DNA from: Escherichia phage vB_EcoM_G2469
Sequence record: MK327934.1
DNA: 64,000 bases
Strand: one strand, 5' to 3'
In this document: positions 19,022-28,383 of the stretch, in pieces
Position numbering within the stretch: the stretch's first letter is position 1
Layout: every line of letters begins with the position of its first letter
Program-made: the position numbers and the translations under genes
The notes under the pieces: generated by a model
Told to the model about the DNA's origin: nothing
The model's database searches: none
The model's input: the letters and a program-made list of their open reading frames with translations, nothing else

Positions 19022-19971
19022 TATAACACCTCAATGGCATTTCGTAAACCGTCCGCTTTCGCATTCAGAGCTTTTAATGATTTAGTTTGTTCTGCAATTT
19101 GGGCTTCGACTTCTTTCAGACGAGATTTGAGATATTCGCGTTCTTCAGCCATGATATCGACCTTTTCTGCTTTAGGTTCTTTAATAGGCTTAGGTTTATA
19201 CGTATTAGGGTTCTTCAGCTTAATTCGGGTACGAGAACTGTATAACATTGAACCGTTATCTTCGGATTCGTCGAACGTTTCAACAACATCCATAGTCTCT
19301 AACAATGTAATAAGTTTATAAGACAACGAACGAATAGTTTTGTTGTGCTTATTAATTTCTTCGGCTTTCATGGTACCGAGATTACGTGAGTAATAATAAG
19401 GAACCTGGATATCAATTGATAATGATGCGTTACCATTACCGGTTGGTTTGAATACTGCAGTAACCCAATCTTTAACATGAACTTTATTTGTACGACCATC
19501 ACCGCCTGTGAATAATTTACGAGAATGTTTAAAAAGCATATTCACTTGTTTATTGAATTCACAAGCAAATTTATCAGCGAATTTAGTTTCAGGAATGGTA
19601 GATAACCAATCAGCCAAATGAGTCTTTTTAACATCATTAACAATAGTGAATTCAACCAAATCGGTTTTAGATGTCACAGATTTAATAAAGCTCGGCTTCA
19701 TAAAGTTTTTAATGTTATCGCGAGCTACAGTAGAAGATAATAAACGAGAACGTTTGAACCATTGAAGCAGTGTCCCTAATGAATGAGAATACGCATTCTG
19801 AGTATCTTTACAGATATGATTTTCTTGGCCTGTGTATGTACCAAAATCGCGAAGAATACCACTTACTACATCTCGGTGTGGAACATCAAATCCTAGTGCG
19901 CCAGTAGCGCGCTGAGCATGAACGTTAGCGATAAGGCCGGCAAAGTATTCAATGTAATGTGAACGTGTCAT
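19021..19971 (-). CDS. hypothetical protein with C-terminal coiled coil
   Basis: 316-aa ORF. Confidence 0.5.
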   Translation of the reverse strand: MTRSHYIEYFAGLIANVHAQRATGALGFDVPHRDVVSGILRDFGTYTGQENHICKDTQNAYSHSLGTLLQWFKRSRLLSSTVARDNIKNFMKPSFIKSVTSKTDLVEFTIVNDVKKTHLADWLSTIPETKFADKFACEFNKQVNMLFKHSRKLFTGGDGRTNKVHVKDWVTAVFKPTGNGNASLSIDIQVPYYYSRNLGTMKAEEINKHNKTIRSLSYKLITLLETMDVVETFDESEDNGSMLYSSRTRIKLKNPNTYKPKPIKEPKAEKVDIMAEEREYLKSRLKEVEAQIAEQTKSLKALNAKADGLRNAIEVL

Positions 19972-20028
19972 AATATTTTCCTCTCGTTAAGATAAATTCA
20001 TTATACTCCAACCATCCTTGGTTGTACA

Positions 20029-21024
20029 TCATTCCTTAAGAAGTTTTACTACTTGAATAAGATTAGCTCGTTCTGTTTTATTTTTACCATTTAAGCCTGC
20101 TAATCGTGAGATTTCATCGTCAGTCTGTTGAATAGTTACATTAAGTTCGTTAATCAAAGCTTCAAAGTATTTGATTTGCTCAGCATGTTTTGATTCAAAT
20201 TTCTGAACAGGAATAACGTCTTGGTTCAGTTCATCAATAAGGTCTTTAAGAGCATCTTCTTGGTTGATATCATATTCAACTTCTTTTATTTCTTCAACGA
20301 GCTCGTCTTTATATCTAACGTCTTTTAGTCCTGGAGCTGGTCCTGAAATCTCTTCTTTAAGAGTACAAACATACCCAATACGGTATCCAACGCCGTCTCG
20401 CTTGATATCAACTTCGTCGATAAATCCACAATGTTTAAGTCCAGAGCCGATTATGTCAAAATATCCTTGACGTCGTCCTTCAAACGTTACACGAACTACT
20501 AAGACGGTTTTGCCACCGACCTTTTGAAGCTCACATTTATAAAAGTTTGTTGAACCTGAATAACATGGATGAGTTTTAAAGTTCATCTGACGATCTAGGC
20601 CCATTTGTAAACGTGCTGTTACGGCCATAAACCGTGTTTGGTTCTCGTTAAGATGAGCAACAATCCATTTCAAAGGCATTTTACCCTGTTCACGGCCGAA
20701 CAAATCAGTACGTCCTAGATTACGCAGGATGTTGTTAGAGTTAATCATCGACAGAACGTTAAGTTTATTCAGCGCGCTGAAGATTCCATCAGCCATTGAT
20801 TTTCCATAACCTTTACACGCTTTAATAAGTGCTCGCGGCAGATTAGTATAGATTTCAGACGGCATATGAAAATCAAATTTACTAGTCAGTAATTGATGAA
20901 CTTGGATAGCAATTTGCTCATAATTAAGTGCTCTGCGATCGTTATGGTCTTTAAACCATACTTTAATCTGTGAAGCACATAAACCGTTAATTTCATGTTT
21001 TACCGCATCAGATGTAATGCTCAT
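20029..21024 (-). CDS. hypothetical protein
   Basis: 331-aa ORF. Confidence 0.5.
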   Translation of the reverse strand: MSITSDAVKHEINGLCASQIKVWFKDHNDRRALNYEQIAIQVHQLLTSKFDFHMPSEIYTNLPRALIKACKGYGKSMADGIFSALNKLNVLSMINSNNILRNLGRTDLFGREQGKMPLKWIVAHLNENQTRFMAVTARLQMGLDRQMNFKTHPCYSGSTNFYKCELQKVGGKTVLVVRVTFEGRRQGYFDIIGSGLKHCGFIDEVDIKRDGVGYRIGYVCTLKEEISGPAPGLKDVRYKDELVEEIKEVEYDINQEDALKDLIDELNQDVIPVQKFESKHAEQIKYFEALINELNVTIQQTDDEISRLAGLNGKNKTERANLIQVVKLLKE

Positions 21025-21086
21025 AACTATTTCCTCAGATTGAATTGGAACTCAAAACCATTATAACCCGTCCTTGGGTAAAGCGT

Positions 21087-21614
21087 TTATGCGTGAACCG
21101 TCTTTAAACGTTCTTCAAATTTCCGAAGAGTACTAATACGTTCTGCTTTCTGTTTTGTATAGTTTGCAATACGTTCTGAAGTGAGAGCGTATCGTTCGTT
21201 TACTGTTTCTTTCATGAAGTCAGGGATTTCACGAGAAGCTTTAATTTCATCAAACTTATCGAGTACTGCCTGGTCTTCAGCAATTAAATTTTCGTACATC
21301 TCGATATCTTTCTTGATGAAGTCGATATCTTCCTGGGTTACTTTGGATAAACGAGATGCTTTATCCTTTTTGTACTGCTCGTTAGTTTCACGAGACCAGA
21401 ATAATGTACGTTTTTTGTTAGTGTTTTTGTAGACTTCCACAATTCCAACTGAATCGATGATAACAATCCAATTCCAGCGAGATTTGAAAATCTGACCTCC
21501 ATCTACGGTAATCTCGTTACCATAAGCAACGTCATTAAAGAACTTGCTTTGTGCTTCAGATTTAAATTTACCGTCGTTATAATTTACCAGGTTGAAAATA
21601 TCTTTAGCGTTCAT
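21087..21614 (-). CDS. hypothetical protein
   Basis: 175-aa ORF; promoter-like cassette upstream at 21630-21670. Confidence 0.5.
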   Translation of the reverse strand: MNAKDIFNLVNYNDGKFKSEAQSKFFNDVAYGNEITVDGGQIFKSRWNWIVIIDSVGIVEVYKNTNKKRTLFWSRETNEQYKKDKASRLSKVTQEDIDFIKKDIEMYENLIAEDQAVLDKFDEIKASREIPDFMKETVNERYALTSERIANYTKQKAERISTLRKFEERLKTVHA

Positions 21615-21672
21615 GTTTTACCTCCAGTAGTTGATAGGTCTATAATAACATAACCATAGACCTTGTAAACAA

Positions 21673-21960
21673 CTAAAAGAAACTTTTTTCGGTATTTTTT
21701 CCACTGAACCAAACAGACTTCGGGATTTTTTGTAATTTTTCAGATTTAAGTTTCTCTTCCTGTTCTTTCTTATATACACCCTTGTCGTACTGGAGCATCT
21801 CTATGGCATTCTTTTGCAAACGATCTAAGGTAATTAAGGCTTTAGTTTTTCCTTTCAAGGAAGAGTCCTGGCGAACCTCCTCACTATATTGCATCGTAGA
21901 ACTAACCATACGATGAGCATACAGTTCGACTGCGGCTTTAATTTTTTGCATAAAATCCAT
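21673..21960 (-). CDS. hypothetical protein
   Basis: 95-aa ORF. Confidence 0.4.
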   Translation of the reverse strand: MDFMQKIKAAVELYAHRMVSSTMQYSEEVRQDSSLKGKTKALITLDRLQKNAIEMLQYDKGVYKKEQEEKLKSEKLQKIPKSVWFSGKNTEKSFF

Positions 21961-22097
21961 AACATATCCTCTTTGATTTGTACATCATTATTTTAAATAT
22001 TTCTATGCCCTCAGTAGGTTCCTGGTGTCCTTCTTTGAGGTAAGCCATATGATTATTCATCTTTATGGCTTTTGTTACCTCAGAACTTCCTATAAGC

Positions 22098-23099
22098 TTA
22101 TTTCAGTAAAGTTACTTCAGAGATTTCTTCCCAACCATCTTTATCAGTTGAAATAAAATCTGCTACATAAAGAGCGGTACGTAATGATACATTGCGAAGA
22201 CGAGATACATTAGCCTTCATCCAGGACAATGCTTTATACGTTTCTGCATCCGTCAGACCACGTTTCTGCATCATGTCAGTAGATAATATTACATCTTCAA
22301 CTCGAACCATAATCTCTTCATTAGAGTGTACTCCAAGGTCGAGATACACTGAACGAGATACTAAAGCTTGAAGGTGTGGAGCAAGTTTCGAACCGCGTTC
22401 TAACTCTTTATCGATATCAACGTTTGTAATGAAAACGATAGTACCTTCAAACTCAAATTCTTTATCAATACCCTTATCATCGAGATAAGATGACGCAGTG
22501 CTCCAACAAACTTTGCGTTTATCTCCGGTATCTAATGCTGCTTTAAGAAGGTTCAAGATGTCCATATCTGAGAATACGTCAACGTCGTCGATTAAGAGAA
22601 CGCTGTCTGCATCACGGTTGAGCCAAAGTTGTTCGTAAAGGCCAATACCAGAGATTTTACCATTAATGCTTTTGTATTTGATGAAACCATTATCATTAGC
22701 ATTATTAAGTGCTTTATCCAGAGAATACGTCTTACCAATACCAGCTGCACCTGAAATAATGAGTGAACGAATTTTGCCATCGATAATGCCATTCGTCATC
22801 ATGTTCATTACTTTAAAGCGTTTGTTGATACGAGTTTTCATATCTTCGGTGCTTTCAACAACTGCAACCGGTGACGTCTCAACTCCTTCCATTACGATGT
22901 CTGATTTGAAGACCCATACTCCACGTTCAGAACCATCAATCATAACGAAAATTTTACCATCACCTAAGTGGGAACATTCAGGATTAAGCTTTGCCGGGAA
23001 CCATGTCTTTGTGGCAACATAAGAACCAGAGATTTCGTTATTACGATAGATACCTTTTTTGATTTGAACGTTGAACATTTTATTCTCCAATTTACTCAT
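22098..23099 (-). CDS. P-loop (AAA-like) ATPase, function unknown
   Basis: 333-aa ORF with Walker A GAAGIGKT and Walker B LLIDDVD. Confidence 0.6.
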   Translation of the reverse strand: MSKLENKMFNVQIKKGIYRNNEISGSYVATKTWFPAKLNPECSHLGDGKIFVMIDGSERGVWVFKSDIVMEGVETSPVAVVESTEDMKTRINKRFKVMNMMTNGIIDGKIRSLIISGAAGIGKTYSLDKALNNANDNGFIKYKSINGKISGIGLYEQLWLNRDADSVLLIDDVDVFSDMDILNLLKAALDTGDKRKVCWSTASSYLDDKGIDKEFEFEGTIVFITNVDIDKELERGSKLAPHLQALVSRSVYLDLGVHSNEEIMVRVEDVILSTDMMQKRGLTDAETYKALSWMKANVSRLRNVSLRTALYVADFISTDKDGWEEISEVTLLK

Positions 23100-23104
23100 T
23101 TCGT

Positions 23105-23145
23105 TTCGATAGGTCTATAATAACATGTTTAAAGCAAAAGTAAAC
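23105..23145 (-). promoter_or_regulatory. candidate early/middle promoter (GTTTAC -35, MotA-box-like TTTGCTTTA, -10 TATTAT)
   Basis: Minus strand reads GTTTACTTTTGCTTTAAACATGTTATTATAGACC upstream of ATG 23097-23099. Confidence 0.4.
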
Positions 23146-23147
23146 AA

Positions 23148-23367
23148 TTATTTGCGACGAGATTTTTTGGTAAGAGGTTGAAAGAACACTGCTTTACCGG
23201 CTGGGGTTAAGGTGACTCGTAATGCATTACCGATTCCTAAGGATGCTTTAACTAGACCTTTAGCTTTCAGTTCACCGAATGCTTGACGTTGGTCTGCATC
23301 ACGAGTGTTAACCATAAGACCTTTATCACCGGCTTCACGAATCATTTCTAACATTTTGGTTTTCATT
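23148..23367 (-). CDS. hypothetical small basic protein
   Basis: Probable start MKTKMLEMIREAGDKG...; the longer track ORF starts at GTG inside the promoter region. Confidence 0.4.
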
Positions 23368-23454
23368 TTGTTCTCCTCTTGTTTTGATAGGTCTATAATA
23401 ACATATCCTAAAAGCATGTACACTACTTTTTAAAAATATTTTAACCCCCTAAAG

Positions 23455-23470
23455 GGACCCGAAGGTCCCC
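23455..23470 (-). terminator. post-ORF UUCG hairpin (terminator or stabiliser)
   Basis: gggacccgaaggtccc immediately after the stop of ORF 23475..23756. Confidence 0.4.
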
Positions 23471-23474
23471 ACAT

Positions 23475-23756
23475 TTACTTATCGCACTTAGCAACATAAT
23501 TAGGCATATCACAGAATACGGAGCGAGTAACTACTCGGCCCTTTGACCATGCTTCAGTTGCTTGTCCGGCCGTGCTATTAATATAGCTTGATCTGATATT
23601 CTCAATACCCTGAGAATGTGATGCATTTACCGAACCATTGGAAGGCCCAGAAGACTGGTTACCACCAGCTCCTGCACTACCGCCGGCTGGACCTGTGGTA
23701 GCACCAACAGAGAATGCCATCATTACTGCGAATAAACCAATTACTAATTTTTTCAT
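23475..23756 (-). CDS. secreted Gly/Ser-rich low-complexity protein
   Basis: Signal peptide MKKLVIGLFAVMMAFSVGA then GPAGGSAGAGGNQSSGPSNGS. Confidence 0.55.
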   Translation of the reverse strand: MKKLVIGLFAVMMAFSVGATTGPAGGSAGAGGNQSSGPSNGSVNASHSQGIENIRSSYINSTAGQATEAWSKGRVVTRSVFCDMPNYVAKCDK

Positions 23757-23787
23757 ATTTACCTCAAGTTAATGGTTATTTATCTAC

Positions 23788-24777
23788 TTATTTATAGTAA
23801 GAATTATGATTTTCGAGATAGACTTGTTCAAGGAAGTCATCCCAGAAACTCATATCTACTTTTTGTTGCATACCGTTCTTAGCGGCTTGTTCTGATGCTT
23901 GTTCAACTTGGTCAACGATATCTTCTAGGAATTCTTGTACAGTTTTAAACGTATGTTTACCAAGCTTAACATCAAGAATAAATGGAGCGTCCTGAAGTGG
24001 GTAAACCAGGTCGCCGGTTTTGTAAATTTCCAGTAGTTGAAGTCCACCACGACATGCATGACTCAATGCTTTCCAGTCAATACCTTCGTTAGCTTCTGCC
24101 TTACGAGCACGTTCACCATAGTTCTCTTCCAGTTTAACCAGGATGGCATTGAACTCTTTATTGGTTAACGTATCTTGGAATTTACGGTCTAACAGATTAT
24201 AGAATGTTTGCTTACCTGTTTTCTCGTTTTCGGTTTCAACCCACGAAGCAAATTCACCTACAGGCAGAACATTCTTCATATGTGATAAACGAATTACTGC
24301 ACCATTATCAAAGTATCGTCCCCATTCATTAGAACGTTTAAGGGCTTGACGAAGAACAGCCAGTCGAGAACCCTTGACACCGTATTTAGAAGCTTGCTTA
24401 CGGACATACCCTAAATAAGATTTCATGTTAGTGGTATAGAAACGAGACCTGTTATCTTGAATATACTTCCATACATCAGGCAAATCAGATTTAACTACTA
24501 GACTTTGTGGAGTGTGAAGCATGTCTAATGCGACGGTTTCACCATCCGCAGCTAGTTTAAAGAAATATTTGAGACTATACAACTCATGGTCCACGTCGTC
24601 TTTTGTGTTCTTAGAAGATGTGTTATTCGTGTTCTTGCTCATGTGTTCTTTAACGTTACCGGTCAAGATATCACGAGCATGAGGGACATAAATTTCTTTA
24701 AAATCGACGTCAGATTCAGGAGTAGACGTTCCATAAAGGTGGCTACCAAAGTAGCCTTTCATAATTGTTTTCATCAT
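23788..24777 (-). CDS. predicted nucleotidyltransferase (Pol-beta superfamily fold), function unknown
   Basis: 329 aa; N-terminal signature GSHLYGTSTPESDVDF (hG[GS]x9-13 DxD). Confidence 0.5.
   Translation of the reverse strand: MMKTIMKGYFGSHLYGTSTPESDVDFKEIYVPHARDILTGNVKEHMSKNTNNTSSKNTKDDVDHELYSLKYFFKLAADGETVALDMLHTPQSLVVKSDLPDVWKYIQDNRSRFYTTNMKSYLGYVRKQASKYGVKGSRLAVLRQALKRSNEWGRYFDNGAVIRLSHMKNVLPVGEFASWVETENEKTGKQTFYNLLDRKFQDTLTNKEFNAILVKLEENYGERARKAEANEGIDWKALSHACRGGLQLLEIYKTGDLVYPLQDAPFILDVKLGKHTFKTVQEFLEDIVDQVEQASEQAAKNGMQQKVDMSFWDDFLEQVYLENHNSYYK
23789..23796 (-). promoter_or_regulatory. T4-type late promoter TATAAATA (minus strand)
   Basis: Plus tatttata 33 nt upstream of ATG 23754-23756. 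Confidence 0.45.
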
Positions 24778-25247
24778 TTAGCCTTATATTCAAGAGTAGG
24801 ACAGACTTTTTCTTTACGAGCTTTAAGGTATTCGCCTATTAATGATTTCTTACATTCAATAGGCTCAAGTCCATTTTTAATTCGTTCTTGGTTTTGTGCA
24901 ATGAGCTCAATTTCTTTATAATATTTTCTGTCGTTATATTTGTCTAACAACCAAGACGGACCAATTACCAACCCGGTAGAAATAAAAGCCATGACTGCTA
25001 CAATTAAAACGCCTACACCAATTGAAGCTGGAACTAATGTCCATAGACTGCTAAAAACAAAGAATTTAGTTAAAATTTCATGGCCAATGATTGTGACTGC
25101 TGCTAAAATCGCAAATCCAATAATTGAAACAGCTAATACCGGGATTAGCGTTTTCCAAAAATAAGCACACAACGTTTTCGGACGATTCCATGTACTATTG
25201 AACGCGGCATAAATTTTAAAGTGCCAAGAGTTTTCATTGATAATCAT
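24774..25247 (-). CDS. hypothetical membrane protein
   Basis: 157-aa ORF with two or three hydrophobic segments. Confidence 0.5.
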   Translation of the reverse strand: MIINENSWHFKIYAAFNSTWNRPKTLCAYFWKTLIPVLAVSIIGFAILAAVTIIGHEILTKFFVFSSLWTLVPASIGVGVLIVAVMAFISTGLVIGPSWLLDKYNDRKYYKEIELIAQNQERIKNGLEPIECKKSLIGEYLKARKEKVCPTLEYKAK

Positions 25248-25256
25248 AATAATTCC

Positions 25257-25799
25257 TTATTTCAAAGTTGGGATAATAGAATCGAGATAAGCTTTAAGAG
25301 CAACTGCTTCATCTTTGTCTAATGTAATGATATGTTGACGAAGGTCATCAATTTGGCGAATAACTACGACATCACCGTCTTCATAAGAAGGATTAACGCC
25401 TAGGACTGTTGTATAGTCAGGGCGGTCCTGATTTGTAATAAAAGCATTACGGCATTTAGCCCATTGAAGTTTTGCCTTTTTGGCTGTTTCAGATTCCATT
25501 AATTCTTTCACCTTAGTGACGAATGTTTTCCAATTATTGATAGAAAGGCATTCATCTTCTGTTTCGATATTAACCCCACTATAAAGACCGTGATAAAAAC
25601 GAACTTGAAGGTCTTCATCAATGTTAATTACAGATGCATGGCCGGGCGGATTGAGTTTCAAAATCTTGTCCAGTTCCATAGGAAGAATAGTAACAGCATC
25701 ATCTTCTTGTGTCAGAACGTAAGCATAACCACGTTTTTCGATACATAAATCGCCAAACAACTCGGTTGTTTCAATTACAGTTTTCATATTATTCACCAA
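25257..25799 (-). CDS. hypothetical protein
   Basis: 180-aa ORF. Confidence 0.5.
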   Translation of the reverse strand: MVNNMKTVIETTELFGDLCIEKRGYAYVLTQEDDAVTILPMELDKILKLNPPGHASVINIDEDLQVRFYHGLYSGVNIETEDECLSINNWKTFVTKVKELMESETAKKAKLQWAKCRNAFITNQDRPDYTTVLGVNPSYEDGDVVVIRQIDDLRQHIITLDKDEAVALKAYLDSIIPTLK

Positions 25800-26094
25800 T
25801 TAAAGTTTCAACAAAATTCACCAAAGCATCCTGGCAAGCATCAACCTGATTTTCATAAAAGTCTCCGTTATCATTTACCGCGTGATAAGCTACATCATTC
25901 AAATCTGAATCGGCTTCACGTAGGTCACGGATAAGGTCCATCAATTTATTAGCTTGTTCACGGGTCATTTTACCATACTCGTTTCAATAAGATTCACTAT
26001 GCCGTTTACCATGTTATAAGTAAACATCGGATAATTGTATTGTATCACAACGTATACGATAAGCAAAAGTTTCATTTTGTTCTCCATTTGTTTT

Positions 26095-26133
26095 GATAGG
26101 ACTACTATAACATAGTCCTATCAAGATGTAAAC
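26095..26133 (-). promoter_or_regulatory. early-promoter cassette: GTTTAC -35, -10 inside the palindrome GATAGGACT-N10-AGTCCTATC
   Basis: Plus gataggactactataacatagtcctatcaagatgtaaac; small ORFs start at 26074 downstream. Confidence 0.45.
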
Positions 26134-26366
26134 TACCGATTATGTTTTAAATGTTGATAAAGTTCTTCAACTTGTTTAGGGTCCAAAACAATTAGGTCAT
26201 TTTCTTGGCGAAGATAAATCCATCCCTTATCTCCAGGACCATTTTTACAAAACATCACCACCATATCATCATCTTCAGCGCTTTCAGGTAAAAGTTCAAG
26301 TACACCGTCTTCAGATTTTCCAGTATAATCGTAAAGCATAATATCCTCACATAATCTCGTTAACAT
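26133..26366 (-). CDS. hypothetical protein
   Basis: 77-aa ORF. Confidence 0.45.
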   Translation of the reverse strand: MLTRLCEDIMLYDYTGKSEDGVLELLPESAEDDDMVVMFCKNGPGDKGWIYLRQENDLIVLDPKQVEELYQHLKHNR

Positions 26367-26526
26367 ACATTTGCAATTCGGTGTGGGCGTCAGCCATCTT
26401 TTTCATAGCTCTGTTAATGTCGATGTCTCCATCTTCGCAACCATGAGCATTTTCCCAATCAGATACCGCATTAGCGTACTCTTCAATCAAAAACATTAAC
26501 TTAGAAATTTTTTCTTTACGTGACAT
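26347..26526 (-). CDS. hypothetical small protein (start MSRKEKISKL)
   Basis: ATG at 26524-26526 preceded by a GAGGAGAA RBS; the longer track ORF begins inside the promoter. Confidence 0.4.
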   Translation of the reverse strand: MSRKEKISKLMFLIEEYANAVSDWENAHGCEDGDIDINRAMKKMADAHTELQMYVNEIM

Positions 26527-26593
26527 AACGTTCTCCTCTAGTAAGTAAGGTTTACTATAACACAACCTGAGGAGAAGTAAACTGATAGATGCC

Positions 26594-26621
26594 AAAAAGC
26601 CCCGACCTTTCGGAAGGGGCT
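26594..26621 (-). terminator. intrinsic terminator (minus strand)
   Basis: Plus aaaaagccccgacctttcggaaggggct: GC-rich stem with GAAA loop followed by a U-run on the minus strand. Confidence 0.65.
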
Positions 26622-26627
26622 AGTAAA

Positions 26628-26930
26628 TTAGATAGATGTAGGCTCTAATTTTATTTTCATGAACTCGGCAAATTGTCTGGCAGTTTTTATGCCTTGTTCA
26701 TGACATTCAAATGCATCATCACAGGGACTATTTTTGTAATGCTTTGCCATATACTTATAGAATTTTTCAGAATTCTCGACATTTTGAATTTCAAACAAAG
26801 TATATACGTTTTTAATCCCTGATTCCATAAAGTTATCAAAATATGGGTCGATATATGCAGTACCAACGATAGGAGTTGTTGCTGCAAAAAACCCCAGCAT
26901 CGCCATGACAGCTATCGCTCTTAAGGCCAT
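26628..26930 (-). CDS. secreted protein, function unknown
   Basis: 100 aa with signal peptide MALRAIAVMAMLGFFAATTPIVGTA. Confidence 0.5.
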   Translation of the reverse strand: MALRAIAVMAMLGFFAATTPIVGTAYIDPYFDNFMESGIKNVYTLFEIQNVENSEKFYKYMAKHYKNSPCDDAFECHEQGIKTARQFAEFMKIKLEPTSI

Positions 26931-26942
26931 ATAGGCCTCCTG

Positions 26943-27155
26943 TTAATTTTGGCCAGTATTTATTTTTCGCCTTTGGACGGCCTTAACATCTGTGAGGTAT
27001 TTTTCCAGCTTGCGCTTGCGTGTATAATCAGCTTTAGAACCAGTTTGACGGATATCCTCGTTTAAATGAGAAATAGAATGTCCTAATTCTCTTCGGATTT
27101 CATCCAATTGGGTTACAGTAAGATTACGAAGTTGTCTTTCGTTTAATTGCTGCAT
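26943..27155 (-). CDS. hypothetical protein
   Basis: 70-aa ORF. Confidence 0.4.
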   Translation of the reverse strand: MQQLNERQLRNLTVTQLDEIRRELGHSISHLNEDIRQTGSKADYTRKRKLEKYLTDVKAVQRRKINTGQN

Positions 27156-27182
27156 ATATACCTCTTGGTTAGATATTAGTAT

Positions 27183-27764
27183 TTATAACAACCCTGTCAA
27201 ATCGTTCCAATGCTTCCGGCATAATGACACATATCTATCGGTATCACCAATTTCAATTTGACTGCCATCTGTAATTGGAAGTCCGTCTTCCGTGACTCTA
27301 GCTACCATTGTGGCCTTTTTACCGCAATGACAGACACCTTTAAGTTCAACAAGCTTATCGGCAATAGCCATTAATGCTTGAGAACCTTCAAATAGATTAC
27401 CTTTAAAATCTGTTCGTAGTCCATATGCCATTACCGGCACATTGTATACGTCAACAATACGACTAAGTTGATACACCTTTTCAGTAGTTAAGAACTGAGC
27501 TTCGTCAACAAATACGCAGTGAATATCCTTTTGTGCTGCAGCCCATTTATAGAATTCAAAGATATCCATGTCTTTTGTAATTATATTGGCGTCCTGACGA
27601 ATACCAATACGAGAGACTATTTCACCTTTTGAATCGCGAGTATCAATAGCCGGTTTAAGAACTAATACACCCATGCCACGTTCTTTATAGTTATGTGCGG
27701 CAGTAAGTAATGAAGCAGACTTACCAGCGTTCATAGCGGCATAGGTAAAAATTAAACTAGCCAT
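27183..27764 (-). CDS. tk: thymidine kinase
   Basis: 193 aa, P-loop YAAMNAGKS, C-terminal CHCGKKA...CRKH zinc motif. Confidence 0.9.
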   Translation of the reverse strand: MASLIFTYAAMNAGKSASLLTAAHNYKERGMGVLVLKPAIDTRDSKGEIVSRIGIRQDANIITKDMDIFEFYKWAAAQKDIHCVFVDEAQFLTTEKVYQLSRIVDVYNVPVMAYGLRTDFKGNLFEGSQALMAIADKLVELKGVCHCGKKATMVARVTEDGLPITDGSQIEIGDTDRYVSLCRKHWNDLTGLL

Positions 27765-27773
27765 AAGAGTCCC

Positions 27774-27956
27774 TTATAGTGAATTCACGTAGTCAATGAG
27801 TTCTTGTTCTTTCCTGTCAAATGATTCCAACAATGCTTGATATTCTTCGTCCGTCAAAGGAGCATATTCATCATACGCATTGGTGGCTGCTTGCTCATCC
27901 AATAGGTCATGGATAAGTTCAAACAGTTTAGTTTTCTCTTCTTTAGTCAATTTCAT
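27774..27956 (-). CDS. hypothetical acidic protein
   Basis: 60-aa ORF. Confidence 0.4.
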   Translation of the reverse strand: MKLTKEEKTKLFELIHDLLDEQAATNAYDEYAPLTDEEYQALLESFDRKEQELIDYVNSL

Positions 27957-28165
27957 TTAGGTTCACCTTCTTTAACGAAATCTGGGTAAGGGTAAAATCC
28001 TGAGTAAAACCCTTCACCTTTATGATTGCTACAACCTTTGTTCGAACAGTAACACCAATAATCAAAATCACAAGCCATTTCGTCATTGCATAAAGCAAAA
28101 ACTACAGGCCATTCGCATTTTTCGCATTTAGCACCTGTAAGAATTTTTGTTTGACTCATAGCCAT
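27953..28165 (-). CDS. hypothetical Cys-rich small protein
   Basis: 70-aa ORF with about 10 Cys (CEKCEWP...CSNKGCSNHKGEGF). Confidence 0.45.
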   Translation of the reverse strand: MAMSQTKILTGAKCEKCEWPVVFALCNDEMACDFDYWCYCSNKGCSNHKGEGFYSGFYPYPDFVKEGEPK

Positions 28166-28383
28166 GTCACCTTTAAGCAGTATTCTTCTACATGCTGTTT
28201 ACGACCTTTCTTATCAATAAAGGTATATTCAACGAATGTTCCGATGTAGTCTTTATCTACATCATGTGGACTATTAATTGGACATTTGGTACGACAAATG
28301 CGTTCCCATTGACGAATAATTACTGCCTTATTCTTTGGATCGTATGGATGTGGATAATGTATATTCATAATAACGGTTCCCAA
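28156..28383 (-). CDS. hypothetical protein
   Basis: 75-aa ORF. Confidence 0.4.
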   Translation of the reverse strand: MGTVIMNIHYPHPYDPKNKAVIIRQWERICRTKCPINSPHDVDKDYIGTFVEYTFIDKKGRKQHVEEYCLKVTWL

